From positions 416,001-480,000 of the forward strand of contig OY764216.1 in assembly GCA_963668315.1 (NCBI GenBank): 64,000 nt of DNA. Reading direction: 5' to 3'. Position numbers and translations under genes: made by a program. The notes under the pieces were generated by a model that was given only the letters and a program-made list of their open reading frames with translations, was not told the origin of the DNA and searched no databases. This DNA is from Spirochaetia bacterium. Its GTDB lineage: Bacteria > Spirochaetota > Spirochaetia > DSM-2461. Shown in pieces: positions 60,477 to 64,000 of the stretch. The first letter of the stretch is position 1, and each line of letters starts with the position of its first letter.

Positions 60477-62129
60477 ATGATCTACCATCTGTTGAGCAGA
60501 TTATCTGCAATTCTGCTTCTACTGCTCATCCCCCTGCCCTTTGCCACGGCACTGAATGCGAGCCTGATCTCATCGGAGACCGATGTGGTGATCCGCAGCG
60601 ACGGAAAAGCCGATATATACTATAGCCTCCACTGGAAGACTTCCGGAGATAAGATGCACGGGTTCTATTTCCAGGGAAGCGCGGTAAAACCGGAATTCGA
60701 TCTCCAGAACTGTTTCGCAGATATTAACGACGACGAACGGGTTCCTCTGGATATTACTTCCATGGGAGGAGGACTCTACGATATTGTACTGGCCTATAAC
60801 GGGGGATTCACCGGGGAGGCTTACTATTACCTGCATTACGGGGCCGATCTGAGGGGTGGCGGATTTACCGGTCAAACCCGATCGGAAGACTACGGAGAGC
60901 TTTTCTATTTCGACTGGGCTCCGGTAGATTGGGAATACTCTCTGGAGCACCGTACGGTACGGGTTCAGCTGCCCGTTCAGGTCCCCTCTCAAGAGTTGAG
61001 TCAAGATTGGGTCTCCGACCGGGGAATCCTTACGGAACCCTATGTAAACCGCAACTATCTGGTCGATTACTACGGAACACCCGGAGATGACGGAAAGAAT
61101 TATCTGACCCTCCGGTTCCACAAAAAGCATGTGCCCGCCTATGACTCCATGCGAATACAGTTTTACCTGCCCCTGGCCACATCCGGTCAGACCGGAATCG
61201 AAGGCTCAGGGGAAAGAACTCTTTCTAACGGGCGACTTAAGACCCTGACCGTCAAGAAAATAGATTCTGCGCAGCTGATAACGTTAATATTTCTGGCAGC
61301 GGTTTTGATTGTGGCGGTTCTGCTTTACCTTCTGAAAGACCGGAAGTTTTCCCATATGGCAGACAAAGTGGATCAGATATCCTGGGCCGGAGACGACTGG
61401 CTGCCCCCCAGGCTGGAGGTGGGTTCTTTTCAGGTTGAGGGAAAGATCATAAAGGATCTGCATCCCGTAGAAGCGGCCCTGCTTCTGGAACTCCCTCTGC
61501 CGGATATTACAGCGTTGCTGGCGGAATCTCTGGAAGACCGACGGATTATCCATATACGGAGCCGTGATCCCTTTGAAGTGGATGTACTTGATCGTGAAAA
61601 GGCGACCGACGAAATGGACGCCCGGTTTCTATCCTGTTTTCTGCCCGACGGCCGGCTGTTGACGAAAGTGCTCTGTGACTTTTTCGAGATACTGATCATG
61701 CAGCTCCAGGAGAAAATCTGGGACTGCGATATTGAGGCGACCAAGACCTATTATAGAAAGGAACTTGAAGGCCAGGGAAAACCCGAAGAAAACATAAAGG
61801 ATAATTCAGCTTCCCCTTCTCCGAACCATTACCGTCACTACCCCCATTACTACAACCGCTGGTGGTATTTAAGCCAAGGCAAGGAACCCCATGAAGCCAT
61901 AGCCCTGCCTGATGAACTGAGCGGTGGATACAGCCGCTTTATGTCTTCCTCCTCCTGCTTCAGCGGCTGCTTCACACCGGCGGCCTTCCAATCGGGCAGC
62001 ATCAATGCCTGTCACTCCGCCTGCCATAATGCCTGCCATTCGGCCTGTCACAGTGCCTGTCACAGCGCCTGCCATTCAGCTTGTCATTCCGCCTGCCATT
62101 CAGCCTGCGTCTCCGGGGGAAGCCATTGA
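60477..62129 (+). CDS. Signal-peptide single-TM membrane protein (DUF2207-like fold suspected) with C-terminal (CH[S/N]A)x8-C tail
   Basis: Signal peptide ...PFATA, beta-rich ectodomain, TM LITLIFLAAVLIVAVLLYLL, LHPVEAALLL and Cys/His repeat tail. Confidence 0.85.
   Translation: MIYHLLSRLSAILLLLLIPLPFATALNASLISSETDVVIRSDGKADIYYSLHWKTSGDKMHGFYFQGSAVKPEFDLQNCFADINDDERVPLDITSMGGGLYDIVLAYNGGFTGEAYYYLHYGADLRGGGFTGQTRSEDYGELFYFDWAPVDWEYSLEHRTVRVQLPVQVPSQELSQDWVSDRGILTEPYVNRNYLVDYYGTPGDDGKNYLTLRFHKKHVPAYDSMRIQFYLPLATSGQTGIEGSGERTLSNGRLKTLTVKKIDSAQLITLIFLAAVLIVAVLLYLLKDRKFSHMADKVDQISWAGDDWLPPRLEVGSFQVEGKIIKDLHPVEAALLLELPLPDITALLAESLEDRRIIHIRSRDPFEVDVLDREKATDEMDARFLSCFLPDGRLLTKVLCDFFEILIMQLQEKIWDCDIEATKTYYRKELEGQGKPEENIKDNSASPSPNHYRHYPHYYNRWWYLSQGKEPHEAIALPDELSGGYSRFMSSSSCFSGCFTPAAFQSGSINACHSACHNACHSACHSACHSACHSACHSACHSACVSGGSH
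62010..62108 (+). repeat. In-frame 12-bp tandem repeat x8 encoding CH(S/N)A plus a terminal Cys
   Basis: tgtcactccgcc|tgccataatgcc|tgccattcggcc|tgtcacagtgcc|tgtcacagcgcc|tgccattcagct|tgtcattccgcc|tgccattcagcc|tgc. Confidence 0.95.
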
Positions 62130-63451
62130 AAACATTAGGGATTTCCGATTTACAGTGGATCGACAGCTATTTCCATCATATCCGTAAATATCTCTTTTTC
62201 CGCAGGGAAGACGGGGTGCTGATATTTCCCCCCAACCGGGTTACCCGCCTCAATGGAACCGGCCAGGAACTTCTGAGTCATCTCTTTTCCGGCCGGAGCA
62301 TTGCCTCATTCCCTGGACTGAATGGAGCAGACCGCTGCCGGGATGTGAATGTATTCTTCTCCAATCTGAAAGCCTTTTACGAAGATCAGTCCATAAACCT
62401 GGATCAGGCGGAAGCGGTAGAGCGCAGGCCCTACGACTTCCAATTCACCCGGCTGCCCATATTGGGGGAAATTGCCCTTACTTACCGCTGCAATAACCGC
62501 TGTCTGTTTTGCTATGCCGGCTGCGGCAAAGAATCTCCGGCAGCCCAAGGCACTCCGAAAGAGCTGACCACCAGGGGCTTTAAAAAAATCATCCGGATTT
62601 TCCGTGATGAGGCCCGCATTCCCTTCTTCTCCTTTACCGGGGGAGAACCTCTGCTGCGGGGGGATCTGGAATCCCTGATATCCTATGCCGAAAAGAGAGG
62701 ACTGCGGACCAACCTCATTACCAATGGCACCCTGGCTACGGAACAACGGAGCAGAAAACTCTACCGTGCAGGTCTGAGAACCGCCCAGGTCAGTATCGAG
62801 GCACCTGAAGCGGAACTGCACAACCGCTTGACCGGAAGCTCTTCCTTCCAGAAGACATGCCAGGGCATCGCCGCCCTGAAATCAGCCGGCATAAAGGTGC
62901 AGACCAATACGACTCTTACCGCGCTGAATGTGGACAGCACAGAAAAGATGCCGGCCTTTTTGAAAGAGCTGGGCATCGACAGATTTTCCATGAATCTCTT
63001 TATTCCCACAGAAAAATCGCCGGGGAATGACAAACTTTTTCTTTCCTATAGTCAAATCGGACCGGTGGTGGACCGGGTCAGAAAAGAGGCGGCAAGGCTC
63101 TCCATGACCTTCTACTGGTATTCCCCCCTGCCCCACTGCCACTTCAATCCCCTTTCCCGGGGTATGGGAAACAAATCCTGCGCGGCCATGGACGGTTTGA
63201 TATCCGTAACGCCTACGGGCGATATTCAGCCCTGCTCCTCCTATGCAGAATCCATGGGCAGCCTGCTCTCCGGAAAGTTCCAGGATATCTGGTTTTCTAA
63301 GCGTGCAGGTTTTTTCAAAGAGAAGCGCTACGCCCCCGAGGAATGTTCAGGATGCGACCGCTTCATCGCCTGCCAGGCGGCCTGCCCTTTATACTGGCAA
63401 TACGCCGGAACCTGTGAAATCAACAAAAGGGAGGCCCTCCGATGCCCATGA
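62126..63451 (+). CDS. Radical SAM/SPASM-domain protein with probable N-terminal RRE/PqqD-like domain
   Basis: CNNRCLFC, TGGEPLL, TNGTL; SPASM C...GDIQPC...CSGC.....C...CP. TTG start overlaps the upstream TGA, with GGGGGA SD. Confidence 0.92.
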   Translation: MKTLGISDLQWIDSYFHHIRKYLFFRREDGVLIFPPNRVTRLNGTGQELLSHLFSGRSIASFPGLNGADRCRDVNVFFSNLKAFYEDQSINLDQAEAVERRPYDFQFTRLPILGEIALTYRCNNRCLFCYAGCGKESPAAQGTPKELTTRGFKKIIRIFRDEARIPFFSFTGGEPLLRGDLESLISYAEKRGLRTNLITNGTLATEQRSRKLYRAGLRTAQVSIEAPEAELHNRLTGSSSFQKTCQGIAALKSAGIKVQTNTTLTALNVDSTEKMPAFLKELGIDRFSMNLFIPTEKSPGNDKLFLSYSQIGPVVDRVRKEAARLSMTFYWYSPLPHCHFNPLSRGMGNKSCAAMDGLISVTPTGDIQPCSSYAESMGSLLSGKFQDIWFSKRAGFFKEKRYAPEECSGCDRFIACQAACPLYWQYAGTCEINKREALRCP

Positions 63452-64000
63452 AATACCACCTCCTTCCTAACCTGACCCTCCACTGCCGCCTGGGAATTTT
63501 CGCCTTACTGGAGACTTCGGGAGTCGCCCTTCAGATGCTGGTATCCCGGGGCGGCTTCCCCGGGATACTGCTGATGCTCGGGGGAATCTCCTTCCTTCTG
63601 TCAGAAAACTACAACAATGCTCCGGAAGATCAGGGATATGCAGACTGGAAACCGGTTACCTTCAAGGAACTAAGCCGTATCCGCATCAATATGAAGGACA
63701 CACGCCAATTCACATTGCCCATGTATTTCCGTTCTTCCGCGTCGGTGGGGGCCGTTATAATTCTTCTGGCGCTGCTGATTATCCCCCTTTTGCTGGAGGC
63801 CCATCCGGGGCGTTATTACTATTTGCCCCTGGTCGACCTGTTTATCATTACCTTGCCCTTGTTTTTCAGCGGAAAGATCCGGCTTTTTTACCCCTCCCTG
63901 CTGGATATGAAGTTCAATGCCTTTGATGGAATTCTCCAGGAGACTCCTGAGGGAAGTGATATCTGCGTAACCCCCTATTTACGGTTCGACCGGGATAAAG
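63442..64000 (+). CDS. Hypothetical multi-TM membrane protein (truncated by window edge)
   Basis: GGGAGG SD, ATG at 63442 or 63448 overlapping the rSAM stop. Open to the window end: MPMKYHLLPNLTLHCRLGIFALL...DQGYADWKPV...VIILLALLIIPLLL... Confidence 0.75.
   Translation, partial: MPMKYHLLPNLTLHCRLGIFALLETSGVALQMLVSRGGFPGILLMLGGISFLLSENYNNAPEDQGYADWKPVTFKELSRIRINMKDTRQFTLPMYFRSSASVGAVIILLALLIIPLLLEAHPGRYYYLPLVDLFIITLPLFFSGKIRLFYPSLLDMKFNAFDGILQETPEGSDICVTPYLRFDRDK

Noticed and set aside
62010..62108. The repeat as a CRISPR array, contingency VNTR or multiheme motif (overlapping CxxxCH)
   Set aside because: The 12-bp units have no spacers, are in frame and are synonymously diverged. CX3CH motifs overlap and share Cys, and the tail is predicted cytoplasmic, which argues against heme c attachment, though this is not formally excluded.
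60477..63451. His-Xaa-Ser (HxsABCD) system or PqqE/PQQ biosynthesis
   Set aside because: The repeat is CHSA with period 4, not HxS triplets. No second Hxs rSAM, HxsD or pqqABC genes are present in the window.
1..64000. Mobile elements, prophage, CRISPR-Cas, rRNA, defence systems
   Set aside because: No transposase, integrase, phage, cas or rRNA signatures were recognised.

Overview
This 64 kb window is chromosomal DNA, most likely from a free-living anaerobic spirochaete (Spirochaetaceae-like). That assignment is inferred from the long-form Prs, the 'ANGQKD'-type signal peptide, the MCP types and the tRNA-Thr/rpmG/tRNA-Trp/secE/nusG/rplK/rplA order. It holds that ribosomal cluster and many housekeeping genes (prs, tpx, pyrC, lysA, purA, hisI, icd, ppk2, asd, metA). 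It also holds a complete aryl-polyene (ApeB-R-like) type II PKS cluster at 11.4-26.3 kb with a nearby chorismate-lyase-like gene, an alkaline phosphatase/YibE-F pair, a GldAFG-like ABC system, two chemoreceptors, and a five-gene Rnf/Na+-NQR hybrid operon that lacks NqrA and RnfB/C. The most unusual element is at the right end. A signal-peptide, single-TM membrane protein ends in eight codon-diversified Cys-His-(Ser/Asn)-Ala repeats and is translationally coupled to a radical SAM/SPASM enzyme with a probable RRE/PqqD-like N-terminus. This is a candidate RiPP-type modification system acting on a membrane-anchored substrate. Also notable are an unannotated Thr-rich leader peptide with attenuator upstream of asd, and a recurrent leaderless-mRNA promoter layout. 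No CRISPR array, rRNA gene or transposase was seen.
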